This document shows positions 17,209 to 26,778 of a stretch of 64,000 nt of DNA, in pieces. This DNA comes from Candidatus Termititenax aidoneus (lineage in GTDB: Bacteria > Margulisbacteria > Termititenacia > Termititenacales > Termititenacaceae). The notes beneath the pieces are model-generated. The model saw only the letters and a program-made list of their open reading frames with translations, searched no databases and was not told the DNA's origin. The stretch's first letter is position 1. The number at the start of each line of letters is the position of its first letter. Both the position numbers and the translations under genes were made by a program. Location of the stretch: positions 3,125-67,124 of the forward strand of contig BGZN01000004.1 in the NCBI GenBank assembly GCA_003864455.1, in the 5' to 3' direction.

Positions 17209-17573
17209 TGGTAATCCGCCAAGAATACTTAAATCAACTAAAACTTCTCAAAGATCAAAAGATTATAAAAGTCATCACTGGTATTCGCCGTAGTGGCAAA
17301 TCCACACTTTTGGAACTTTTTCGCGACGAATTGGAAAAGCAAGGTATCAAAAAATCTCAGACTCAATCTTTCAATTTTGAGGAAGAGAAAAATGTGGATC
17401 TGCGAGATTGGCGAAAATTACATCAAACAATAGAGAAAAAACTCGTCTCCACCGAGATGAACTATATTTTTTTTGACGAAATCCAAAAAGTTGAGAAGTT
17501 TGAAGAGGTAGATTTTGTAGTGGAAAAGGGTAGCGGCGTGCGAAAATACTACCAAGTGGCATTGAAAAAATAA
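17209..17573 (+). pseudogene. truncated ATPase (AAA_14/DUF4143 family), N-terminal fragment
   Basis: Walker A VITGIRRSGKSTLLEL and Walker B IFFDEIQ match the about 400-aa DUF4143 ATPases, but the ORF stops after about 120 aa. A TATAAT at 17193-17198 immediately follows the left inverted repeat. Confidence 0.55.
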
Positions 17574-17613
17574 ATGTTGTTGATTGGCTATTAAATAAAG
17601 GAAAACAAAACTT

Positions 17614-19101
17614 ATGAACAACAACGAAACCCAACAACTCGAACGCACCCTCTGGGACGCCGCCAACAAACTGCGTGGCAATATCAACTCCTCCGACTAC
17701 AAATACGTCGTGCTGGGGCTGATTTTCATCAAATATGTTTCCGACGCTTTTGAAACGCAATTCGCCAAATACAAGGTGGAAGGCTTTGATGAGTCCGACG
17801 AGGATTTCCTCCGCGATTACCTGACCAAAGACAACATCTTCTATGTCCCGCCCACTGCTCGCTGGAAATATCTCCAAGACCACGCGAAAACCCCGCAAAT
17901 CGGCGAACTCGTGGACAAGGCAATGGACGCCATCGAAAAAGAGAATAAATCCTTAAAAGGCGTTCTCCCAACCAACTACGGACGCGAAGAATTGGACAAA
18001 ACCCGCCTCGGCGAACTGATTGACCTTTTCACCAACAAAATCCGTTTCGGCGCAGACAGCAAAGACCTGCTCGGGCGCGTCTATGAATACTTTATGGGAA
18101 TGTTTGCCGACAGCGAAGGCAAACACGGCGGCGAGTTTTACACCCCGCGCTCCATCGTCCGGCTGCTCGTAGCAATGATTCAGCCCTTCAAAGGCAGAGT
18201 ATATGACCCTTGCTGCGGCTCCGGCGGAATGTTTGTCAGCAGCGAAGATTTCGTGGCGGAACATTCCGGGCGTATCGGCGACATCGCCATTTACGGACAG
18301 GAACTCAACACCACCACTTGGCGTCTTGCCAAAATGAATATGGCGATTCGCGGCATTGACGCACGCCTCGAACAGGGCGACACCTTGCAGGACGACAAAC
18401 TCAAAGATTTGAAGTTTGATTTCATCCTCGCCAATCCGCCGTTTAATATCAGCGATTGGGGACAAGCCCGCGCCCAGGACGATGTCCGCTGGCAGTTTGG
18501 CACTCCGCCCGCCGGCAATGCCAACTACGCTTGGATACAGCACATCGTCCACCACCTCTCGCCTGCGGGAGTCAGCGGTTTTGTAATGGCAAACGGCACA
18601 ATGACCAGCAACACCTCCGGCGAAGGCGACATCCGCCGCCGCATCGTGGAAGCCGGACTCGTGGACTGCATCATCGCTTGCCCCGACAAACTCTTTTTCA
18701 ATGTTACGCTCCCGTGCTGCCTCTGGTTCGTTTCCCGCGACCGCGCCAACCGCAAAGACAAAACCCTCTTTATTGACGCCCGCAAACTGGGCTTTATGGA
18801 AAGCCGCAAAACCCGCAACCTCGCCGAAAGTGACATTCAAAAAATCACCGCCAAATATCACAAGTTCGTTTCGACCGGTGTAACGACAGATGAACCGGGC
18901 TTTGCCAAAGTTGCCACGCTGGAAGAGATCCGCAAAAACGGCTTCGCCCTCACGCCGGGCTTGTATGTCGGAAGCGAAGCGGTGGCAGACGACGGCGACC
19001 TTGACCAGCAAATCGCCAACCTCAAAGCCGAACTCCTCGCCGGTTTTGAAAAAGGCAGAGCGTTGGAAGAGAAAATTATTTACAACTTAAAGGAAGTCTA
19101 A
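17614..19101 (+). CDS. hsdM: type I restriction-modification system DNA methyltransferase subunit
   Basis: N6-adenine methyltransferase motifs, including the catalytic motif in FILANPPFNISDW, and the HsdM N-terminal domain. Confidence 0.9.
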   Translation: MNNNETQQLERTLWDAANKLRGNINSSDYKYVVLGLIFIKYVSDAFETQFAKYKVEGFDESDEDFLRDYLTKDNIFYVPPTARWKYLQDHAKTPQIGELVDKAMDAIEKENKSLKGVLPTNYGREELDKTRLGELIDLFTNKIRFGADSKDLLGRVYEYFMGMFADSEGKHGGEFYTPRSIVRLLVAMIQPFKGRVYDPCCGSGGMFVSSEDFVAEHSGRIGDIAIYGQELNTTTWRLAKMNMAIRGIDARLEQGDTLQDDKLKDLKFDFILANPPFNISDWGQARAQDDVRWQFGTPPAGNANYAWIQHIVHHLSPAGVSGFVMANGTMTSNTSGEGDIRRRIVEAGLVDCIIACPDKLFFNVTLPCCLWFVSRDRANRKDKTLFIDARKLGFMESRKTRNLAESDIQKITAKYHKFVSTGVTTDEPGFAKVATLEEIRKNGFALTPGLYVGSEAVADDGDLDQQIANLKAELLAGFEKGRALEEKIIYNLKEV

Positions 19102-20210
19102 TGACTACACAAACCGTAAAATTAGGCGAGGTGTGCGAGATAAACAGAGCGTCAATCGGTAAGGATTACGCTTTTGATAGCATTGAATACCTTGATACTT
19201 CCTCGGTAACGAGCGGCACTTTTTCTGAAACTGAACATTTGAATTTGGCTGACGCACCAAGCAGAGCAAAACGCATTGTCCAAAACAACGACATTGTGAT
19301 TTCAACAGTTCGTCCAAATTTAAGGCATTTCGGCATTATTCAAAACGCCAAACCCAATATGGTTGTTTCAACAGGTTTTGCTGTTTTAACAATTGACGAA
19401 AGCAAAGCAGATTACAGTTATATTTATTATCTCCTTACAAAAGACGACATAGTAGATTATTTATCAGCAGTCGCCGACCAAGCAGTTAGCACATATCCCG
19501 CATTCAATCCCTCTGTCTTGGTAAACCTTGACCTCTCCCTTCCTCCTCTCCCAGAGCAGCAGCGCGTAGCGGGGATTTTGGGCAGTTTGGACGAAAAAAT
19601 CGAAAACAACCGCACCCTCGTCCGCACCACCGAAGCCCTCGCCCGCACCATCTTCAAAAAACACATCGCCGCAAATGAGGAAAACAAGGGGTGGGAAACG
19701 GTAAAATTAGGTGATGTTTGCGAAGTTTTTATCGGTGGAGATGCTCATAAATATGACATAGTAAAGCAATCTGATAAAACTCATAACGTACCAGTATTTT
19801 CCAATGGCATTGTCAATGAAGGACTTTACGGTTATACAAAAAACGCAGAAGTAAAGGCGGGTTCGGTGACAGTCAGTGCCAGAGGAACTGTTGGTTTTAT
19901 AAAGCTACGAGATACTGATTTTGTTCCTATTGTCCGTTTGATTGCGGTTATTCCAAAAGAAGACGATGTTAGCGGCTATTTTCTTGAAGCAGTTTTACAA
20001 AAAGAAACAATTAACGCAAGTGGGTCAAGCCAACAACAAATAACGGCACCAATGATTAAAAACCTTAGAATCAAACTCCCTCCCGCCGCCGTCTTGCAAT
20101 CGTTCGATGCCGTCGTAGAGCCATTGTTTGCCGAAATCGGCTTTCTCACCCGCGAAAACCAAACCCTCGCCGCCACCCGCGACAAACTTTTAAGGAAACT
20201 AATTAAATGA
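19101..20210 (+). CDS. hsdS: type I restriction-modification system specificity subunit
   Basis: Two target-recognition domains separated by conserved central (LPPLPEQQRVAGILGSLDEKI) and C-terminal (LPPAAVLQSF...LFAEIGFLTRENQTLAATRDKLLRKLIK) repeats. Start overlaps the hsdM stop. Confidence 0.85.
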   Translation: MTTQTVKLGEVCEINRASIGKDYAFDSIEYLDTSSVTSGTFSETEHLNLADAPSRAKRIVQNNDIVISTVRPNLRHFGIIQNAKPNMVVSTGFAVLTIDESKADYSYIYYLLTKDDIVDYLSAVADQAVSTYPAFNPSVLVNLDLSLPPLPEQQRVAGILGSLDEKIENNRTLVRTTEALARTIFKKHIAANEENKGWETVKLGDVCEVFIGGDAHKYDIVKQSDKTHNVPVFSNGIVNEGLYGYTKNAEVKAGSVTVSARGTVGFIKLRDTDFVPIVRLIAVIPKEDDVSGYFLEAVLQKETINASGSSQQQITAPMIKNLRIKLPPAAVLQSFDAVVEPLFAEIGFLTRENQTLAATRDKLLRKLIK

Positions 20211-22363
20211 GTATGCTAACTAAAATTACAGATTACACTCACAAGTCTTTCAAGAAGTTCACGAACCCACCTGACTTAGAGTTCAGACAAAAAAACATCG
20301 TCTTTGGCTATAATGGCAAAGGCAAAAGTGCTTTTGCTCTCGGTGTTAAAGCGGAATTTCTGAAAGATGCGTCAAAAACCGACGCCCATTTTCGTTTGTT
20401 TAATAAGGAATACATAGGCAAGGATTTAATGCTTGAAAATAGCAATGGAAAACTGAAAGGAGTTAAAGCAAATTTCAGCGAAAAAGATGTAACTGCCGAA
20501 ACCAGAATAAAGGAGTTGGAATCTGAAATTGTTAAGCCAGAAGATATTAAAAAACAAGAAGAGGAAATTCTAAAAATAAGGAAAGATGCAAGAAAAGAAG
20601 TTGATAGTATTCACGACAGGAAAAAAGGTAAAGCCAGAATTGCGAAAAAAGAACAGAGTAAACCTGTTGAAGATATAATTAAACTTTACGAAAGCGACTA
20701 TACGGAAGCATACAAAATTGAAACAGATGATGAAAAGTTACTAAAAACAACAGGCGACGACTCAATCTCGAAAGAAATAGAGAAATTTGAAAGTTTGCAA
20801 AATCTAACTTTCACAACTTATTCAGAGACAGAAATAAACGAATTAAAAGCCATTTTTGAGGAAAAATTTGGCGAAGATGTTGAAATTCCGGCAAATGAAA
20901 TTGTGAATTGGATGTCACAAGGTTTGACTTTGCATAAAGATGGCGACAGTTGCAAAATGTGTGGCGGGAAATTGGATTATCAGTCGGTAAAAACGAAGAT
21001 AGAACAATACAAAGACAACAGAAAACATCAAGCGATTGAGAAATTAAAATCTTTCCAAACTAAACTGAAAAAATCCTCTGATGAGATAGAGAGTATCGCA
21101 AAACAAGAAAAAACCTATTCCGCAATTATTGGGGAATCGGTCAAAGAATCATTTCAAAATATAATTGGAAGCAAAACCTCGTTTGAAGAATTAGACAAAT
21201 CATTGCAAGCGAAGATTGAAGACATCTTATCTTCAAATAGTTTTGATTTTGATAAATTGAAATCTGTTTCTGAATCAATTAAAACAGAAATTGAGAGAAC
21301 ACAGAGGGAGAAAAGCCAACAATTAACCACCTTGCGAAACAAACAAAGCAATTTAGAAACATTGGTCAAAGGTTCAATCGGTTTAGAAGTCAAAAATTCT
21401 CAAACCATCAAAGATAAACTGGCAGAGATTAAGAAAAAAGAAGATGATTTGAAGAAAGCTAAAGATAAAAACACTGAAACTCAAGGAGAAATTCAAAAAC
21501 TGAAAACTTCTAAAAGCCCGACCAAAGATTTTGCAGAGTTTGTATCTCAAATTTTGCAAGACATCAACATCTCGCTGAAAGTTGAAGTAGAAGCGACAGA
21601 CAATAACTACATAATCAAAAGTTCACACGAAGAGGTATTACTTACCATAAGCGACATCAGCGAAGGTGAGAAAAACTTGTTGGCTTTGTTATTCTTTTAC
21701 TACGAACTTTTTAATGATAATAAACAGACCGAAGTCAAAACCGATATTGAGTTGGTTATTGTTGACGACCCCATTTCAAGTATGGACGACGCAAACAAGT
21801 TTTATATTTTGGAATTGATGAAAAACATTTTGAATTTAGAATCGCAACAAGTATTTGTTCTAACTCATAGTTGGGACGATTTCTGCAATCTTTCTTATGG
21901 AAGAAAAACAGGTGAAGCAACCTCAAAGTTTTCGACTATTGAAATCAGAAAGAATAACGGAAAAAGTTATTTAGAAAAAGTTGGAAACATTGAAAAACCA
22001 TATAAGCACTTATTCAAAGAACTCTACGATTTTTCGCAGAAGTCAGAAAAAGATATTGGAACTGATTGTGAAATCTACCATTTTCCGAATGTGATGAGGA
22101 GAGTTTTTGAAGAATGGTATAGTTTTAAGATTGGGAAAGATTTGAATTTAACAAGTAATCAACTTGACCGTCTGGCAAATGATTTTGCTATAACCGATAC
22201 AAATAAAAAAACAAAATTAGGAATGCTACTCAAAGTTTGCAACATTCTTTCTCATTCAATCAACACAACAAAAAACCCGCAAGAAATTCATCAATCATCA
22301 AAATTTTTGATGAAATTGATTGAAGACAACGATAGATTACATTTTAATTCAATGAAGGGATAA
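20207..22363 (+). CDS. RloC/PrrC-like anticodon-nuclease candidate (ABC/SMC-type ATPase with coiled-coil and CxxC insert)
   Basis: Walker A GYNGKGKSAF; a long Glu/Lys-rich coiled coil containing CKMCGG (zinc-hook-like); Walker B/D-loop IVDDPISSMDD and H-loop LTHSWDD; C-terminal MRRVFEEW...NILSHS fits the PrrC anticodon-nuclease R-x3-E...H motif. Located between hsdS and hsdR, as prrC is. Confidence 0.55.
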   Translation: MSMLTKITDYTHKSFKKFTNPPDLEFRQKNIVFGYNGKGKSAFALGVKAEFLKDASKTDAHFRLFNKEYIGKDLMLENSNGKLKGVKANFSEKDVTAETRIKELESEIVKPEDIKKQEEEILKIRKDARKEVDSIHDRKKGKARIAKKEQSKPVEDIIKLYESDYTEAYKIETDDEKLLKTTGDDSISKEIEKFESLQNLTFTTYSETEINELKAIFEEKFGEDVEIPANEIVNWMSQGLTLHKDGDSCKMCGGKLDYQSVKTKIEQYKDNRKHQAIEKLKSFQTKLKKSSDEIESIAKQEKTYSAIIGESVKESFQNIIGSKTSFEELDKSLQAKIEDILSSNSFDFDKLKSVSESIKTEIERTQREKSQQLTTLRNKQSNLETLVKGSIGLEVKNSQTIKDKLAEIKKKEDDLKKAKDKNTETQGEIQKLKTSKSPTKDFAEFVSQILQDINISLKVEVEATDNNYIIKSSHEEVLLTISDISEGEKNLLALLFFYYELFNDNKQTEVKTDIELVIVDDPISSMDDANKFYILELMKNILNLESQQVFVLTHSWDDFCNLSYGRKTGEATSKFSTIEIRKNNGKSYLEKVGNIEKPYKHLFKELYDFSQKSEKDIGTDCEIYHFPNVMRRVFEEWYSFKIGKDLNLTSNQLDRLANDFAITDTNKKTKLGMLLKVCNILSHSINTTKNPQEIHQSSKFLMKLIEDNDRLHFNSMKG

Positions 22364-22365
22364 CT

Positions 22366-25300
22366 ATGAATACAATCTTAAACGAAGACCAAATAGAACA
22401 AATGACGCTGGAGATTTTCGGCGAATTGGGCTGGACTGTAAAGCACGGCGCACAAATCAGCCGCGATGCCGACCTTTACGCTCCACTGCCGGATGGTGCG
22501 ACCACTTCCGCCGAGCGTGATTTTGGCGATGTGGTGCTGCGTGGTCGCTTGGAGCAAAAAATCCGCGAAATCAACCCGTGGCTGCCGAGCGAAAAGTTGG
22601 ACGAGGTGTTGCGCAAAATCACCCGCACACACGGCGCAAACGACATTGACAACAACCGCCAGTTTCACCACCTTTTGACCGAAGGTGTGGACACCGAATA
22701 CCGCGACGGCGGCGAAGTAAAAACCCGCAAAGTGTTTTTTGTGGATTTTCAACAACCCGAAAACAACGACTTTCTCGCTGTCAACCAACTGACCGTGATT
22801 CAGGACGGCGTCAACAAACGCCCCGACATTGTGCTGTTTGTCAACGGCTTGCCCCTCGGTGTAATTGAACTCAAAAACGCCGCCGATGCCACCGCCGACC
22901 TTTCCGCCGCTTACAACCAAATCCAAACTTACAGGGCAAAAATCTCAAATCTGTTCCGTTTCAACGAACTCTGCGTGATTTCCGACGGACTTGACGCAAA
23001 AATCGGCACTTTTTCCGCCCCCGAAAACCGCTTTACCGCTTGGAAAACCATTAACGGCGAAGAAATACAGCGCAGCGTGCAGATTGACACGCTGACACGC
23101 GGAGTGTTTGAAAAATCGCGTGTTTTGGACATTATCAAAAACTTCATCGTCTTTGAACGCGACGACACCAACTACATCAAAAAACTTGCCGCCTATCATC
23201 AGTATTGGGTGGTGAATAAAGCGCTAGCGACGACCACGCAGGCAATCGCAGGCGACCATCGCGCCGGTGTCGTCTGGCATACGCAAGGCAGCGGCAAGTC
23301 GCTTTCTATGGTGTTTTATGCCGGTAAGCTGATTGCGACGAGCGAACTGCACAACCCGACCCTCGTCATCGTTACCGACCGCAACGACCTCGACGGGCAA
23401 CTTTACAGCACTTTTCATAACTGTGCCGATTTGCTCCGTCAAACGCCCGTGCAAGCCACGAGCCGTGCCGATTTGAAGGACAAACTCAACCGCGAAGCCG
23501 GCGGAGTGATTTTTACTACCATTCAAAAGTTTGAAGAAAGCAACGAAGCAATTTCTGGGCGTTCAAATATCATCGTCATTGCTGACGAGGCGCACCGCTC
23601 GCAATACGGGCTGAAAGCGAGAGTTGGGCGTGACGGCGAGGTGGCGTATGGTGCGGCAAAATATATGCGCGACACGCTGCCCAACGCTTCGTATATCGGC
23701 TTTACCGGCACGCCGATTGAACTTGACGACCGCTCCACGCCGGCGGTGTTTGGCGATTATATTGATATTTACGATGTGGCGCGTGCGGTAGAAGACGGCG
23801 CAACAGTGCCGATTTATTACGAATCACGCTTGGTTGATTTGGGATTCGACGATGAGACGAAAAAGTGGATGGACGAAGAAGTTGACGCGCTTTTTGAAGA
23901 TGTGGAAATGAGTAAGAGCGAGCAACTGAAAGCCGAATTTGCCCAGAAAGAAGCCATTGTCGGCAACCGCGAGCGCGTGAAGTTGATAGCCCGTGACATT
24001 GTGGAGCATTTTGAAAAACGCGAGGAAGTTTTCGCCGGCAAGGGAATGATTGTGGCAATGAGCCGTCAAATTGCGGCGTCGCTTTATGAGAAAATTATCG
24101 CCCTGCGTCCCGACTGGCACAGTGACGAGGTAACTTCCGGCGCACTCAAATGCGTTATCACCGGCGCGTCGAGCGACCCGGCGAATTTGCAAAAACATAT
24201 CCGCAGCAAACCCGACCGCGTGATTGTGGAGAAACGCTTCAAAGACCCGAAAAGCGACCTGAAACTCGTGATAGTGTGCGATATGTGGCTGACCGGTTTT
24301 GATGTGCCGCCGCTTCACACGATGTATCTTGATAAACCGCTGAAAATGCACAATTTGATGCAGGCAATTGCCCGCGTGAACCGCGTTTATCCCGACAAAG
24401 TCGGCGGGCTGGTGGTGGATTATCTCGGCGTGGCGGGAGCGCTGCGCGATGCGATGGCGGTTTATGCTAAATCCGGCGGAACTGGGACGCAAACGGTTGA
24501 TGTTGAGGCGGCAGTGGTGGAAATGAACCGCCGCGTGGAAGTGGTGCGCGATTTGTTCCACGGCTTTGATTATGCGGCGTTTTTCACCGGCTCGGCTGGG
24601 AAAAAATTAGAAATAATGCTGGACGCCGAAGAGTTTATCTTGGGTAAAGTGGAAGACGGCGAAGCGCGCGTCTGAAACGCGAAGTTCACGGACTCTACAA
24701 GGCATTTTCGCTCGCAATGCCGCAACCCGACGCACTCGCAATTCGTGAAGAAGTGGCATTTTTCCAAGCAGTGAAAGCCCGCCTGACCAAAGCAGGTGAA
24801 ACCGGAAAATTAGACAAGGACTACAAAATACAGTTGCAACAGATTGTGGACAAAGCGATTCAACCGCTCGGCATTGTGGACGTGCTTGAAGCGGCGGGGG
24901 TTGAAAAACGCGAACTGCCAATGCTCTCAGAAGAGTTTTTGGCGGAAATCCGCAATTATAAGCGCAAAAGTTTGGCAGTCAGAGCATTGGAAAAACTGCT
25001 TGCTGACCAAATCCGCGCCGGGTTTGCTCACAACGCCATCAAGAGCGAACAATTCAGCGAACTGATTAAAAAGGCATTAGACCGCTACAAAAACGGCACT
25101 ATCGAAGCGGCGCAAATCATTGAGGAGTTGATAGACATTGCCCGCAAATTGAAGGCAAACATAGAAAATCGCCCCGCCGATATGACCGATGACGAAATCG
25201 CCTTTTACGATGCCCTCGCCGACAACGGCTCCGCCCGCGAAGTCCTCGGCGATGAACAACTCCGCGAAATCGCCCGCTATCTCGTGGAAAAAGTCCGCAA

Positions 25301-25469
25301 AAACATCACGACCGATTGGAGCGTGAGAGAAAGTGCAAGAGCGCAGTTGAAATACGAAGTTCGCGTAGCGCTGAACAAATTCGGCTACCCGCCGGATAAA
25401 CAAGCCATCGCCACAGAGCGCGTGCTGCAACAAGCCGAAGTGTTAGGCAATCAGGTTTCAGAGCAGTAA
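22366..25469 (+). pseudogene. hsdR: type I restriction enzyme R subunit, interrupted by a frameshift near 24655-24675
   Basis: 22366-24675 encodes the N-terminal, helicase and motor domains (DEAH-like IVIADEAHRSQ). The C-terminal domain continues in another frame from about 24661 (LKREVHGLYKAFSLAMPQPDALAIREEVAFFQAVKA ... to 25469). The junction lies in a gcgcgcg run. Confidence 0.8.
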
Positions 25470-25541
25470 ACCGCACACCCCAACCCACCCGCAGCGAAAT
25501 TGACGAGGTGATTGAGAGCAAAGTTTTATAATCTGTCTAAC

Positions 25542-25663
25542 CCCCAAACCACCCAAAATCACAGCTTTTGGTGAATATAGCAAGGTTGTTTTTTAAGACG
25601 GTTTTTCAGGTTGGGGGCAAAAAACCGCACTGCATTTGGCGTTTTTAATTTCTTTTTGGCGAC
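25542..25663. repeat. right arm of the 122-bp inverted repeat pair
   Basis: Reverse complement matches 17072-17192. It ends 24 bp before tRNA-Leu(CAA). Confidence 0.85.
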
Positions 25664-25686
25664 AATTCCGATTTAGTTCCATTTTT

Positions 25687-25774
25687 TGGTGCCGAAGGTG
25701 GGACTTGAACCCACACACCCGCAAGGAGTTCACGATTTTGAGTCGTGCGCGTCTGCCAATTCCGCCACTTCGGC
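25687..25774 (-). tRNA. tRNA-Leu (anticodon CAA)
   Basis: Reverse complement GCCGAAGTGGCGGAATTGGCAGACGCGCACGACTCAAAATCGTG...GGTTCAAGTCCCACCTTCGGCACCA; long variable arm, anticodon loop CTCAAAA, encoded CCA. Confidence 0.85.
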
Positions 25775-25802
25775 TAAATAAAAATGTCCTTTGCTTCAAT
25801 CC

Positions 25803-26777
25803 TCAACTGAAAATTCCCAGGCCCCTAAATTTATTATAGCGTTCGGCAGCGATTTCGTCAGCAGGGCAGCCGGAATAATTTTGCAAAAACGCAGCGATCG
25901 CCTGGCTGATCTTTTGCGCGGCCACCTCGTGATCATTGTGCGCTCCGCCTTGCGGCTCGGAAATAATCCCGTCGATGAGTTTTAATTTCAGCAGATCCGG
26001 CGCGGTGATTTTTAGCGCCTTGGCCGCGGCCTCTGCCTGCGCCGGGTCGCGCCAAAGTATCGAGCCGCAGGCTTCGGGCGAGATGACCGAATAAGTGGCG
26101 TATTCCAGCATCAGGATTTGATTGGCCACGGCGATGCCCAGCGCGCCGCCGCTGCCGCCCTCGCCGGTGATTATCGCCAGGACCGGCACTTTTAATTTGG
26201 ACATTTCCAGCAAATTGCGCGCGATGGCTTCGGCCTGACCGCGTTCTTCCGCGCCCAGCCCGGGAAAAGCGCCCGGCGTGTCGACAAAAGTAATGATCGG
26301 AAAATTAAATCTCTCCGCCGTACGCATGATGCGCAGCGCCTTGCGGTAGCCTTCCGGCTGCGGCATGCCAAAATTGCGGTAAATATTTTCTTTGGTGTCG
26401 TGGCCTTTTTGATGGCCGATCACGGCCACATTTTGCCCCTGATAAAAAGCGATACCGCCGACTACCGCCGGATCGTCGCCGAAAAGCCGGTCGCCTTTTT
26501 GTTCGACAAAATCCGTAAAAAGCAGCCGGATATAATCCAGCGTGTTCGGGCGCAGCTGATGACGGGAAATCTGCACAATATTCAACGGCGTCAAACTGGC
26601 AAAAATCTCTTGGGCTTTTTCCGCGGCGCGTTTTTTCAGCGCGGCGATTTCTTTATCCACATTGATATTCTGCGCTCTGGACATAGCCTCCAGTTCGGCA
26701 ATCGCGTCGTAAATCTCCGCCACCGGTTTTTCAAAATCCAGAAGTATTTTTTTCTTTTCGCCGGTATTTTCCGCCAT
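25803..26777 (-). CDS. accA: acetyl-CoA carboxylase carboxyltransferase subunit alpha
   Basis: LDFEKPVAEI...FGMPQPEGYRKALRIM...GEGGSGGALG is diagnostic of AccA. Confidence 0.85.
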   Translation of the reverse strand: MAENTGEKKKILLDFEKPVAEIYDAIAELEAMSRAQNINVDKEIAALKKRAAEKAQEIFASLTPLNIVQISRHQLRPNTLDYIRLLFTDFVEQKGDRLFGDDPAVVGGIAFYQGQNVAVIGHQKGHDTKENIYRNFGMPQPEGYRKALRIMRTAERFNFPIITFVDTPGAFPGLGAEERGQAEAIARNLLEMSKLKVPVLAIITGEGGSGGALGIAVANQILMLEYATYSVISPEACGSILWRDPAQAEAAAKALKITAPDLLKLKLIDGIISEPQGGAHNDHEVAAQKISQAIAAFLQNYSGCPADEIAAERYNKFRGLGIFS

Positions 26778-26778
26778 G

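Noticed and set aside
17000-25700. Integrase or transposase associated with the inverted-repeat-bounded cassette
   Set aside because: I looked through all six frames inside and flanking the inverted repeats for tyrosine/serine recombinase or DDE motifs. None was found, so the element is not called a transposon or integrative element.
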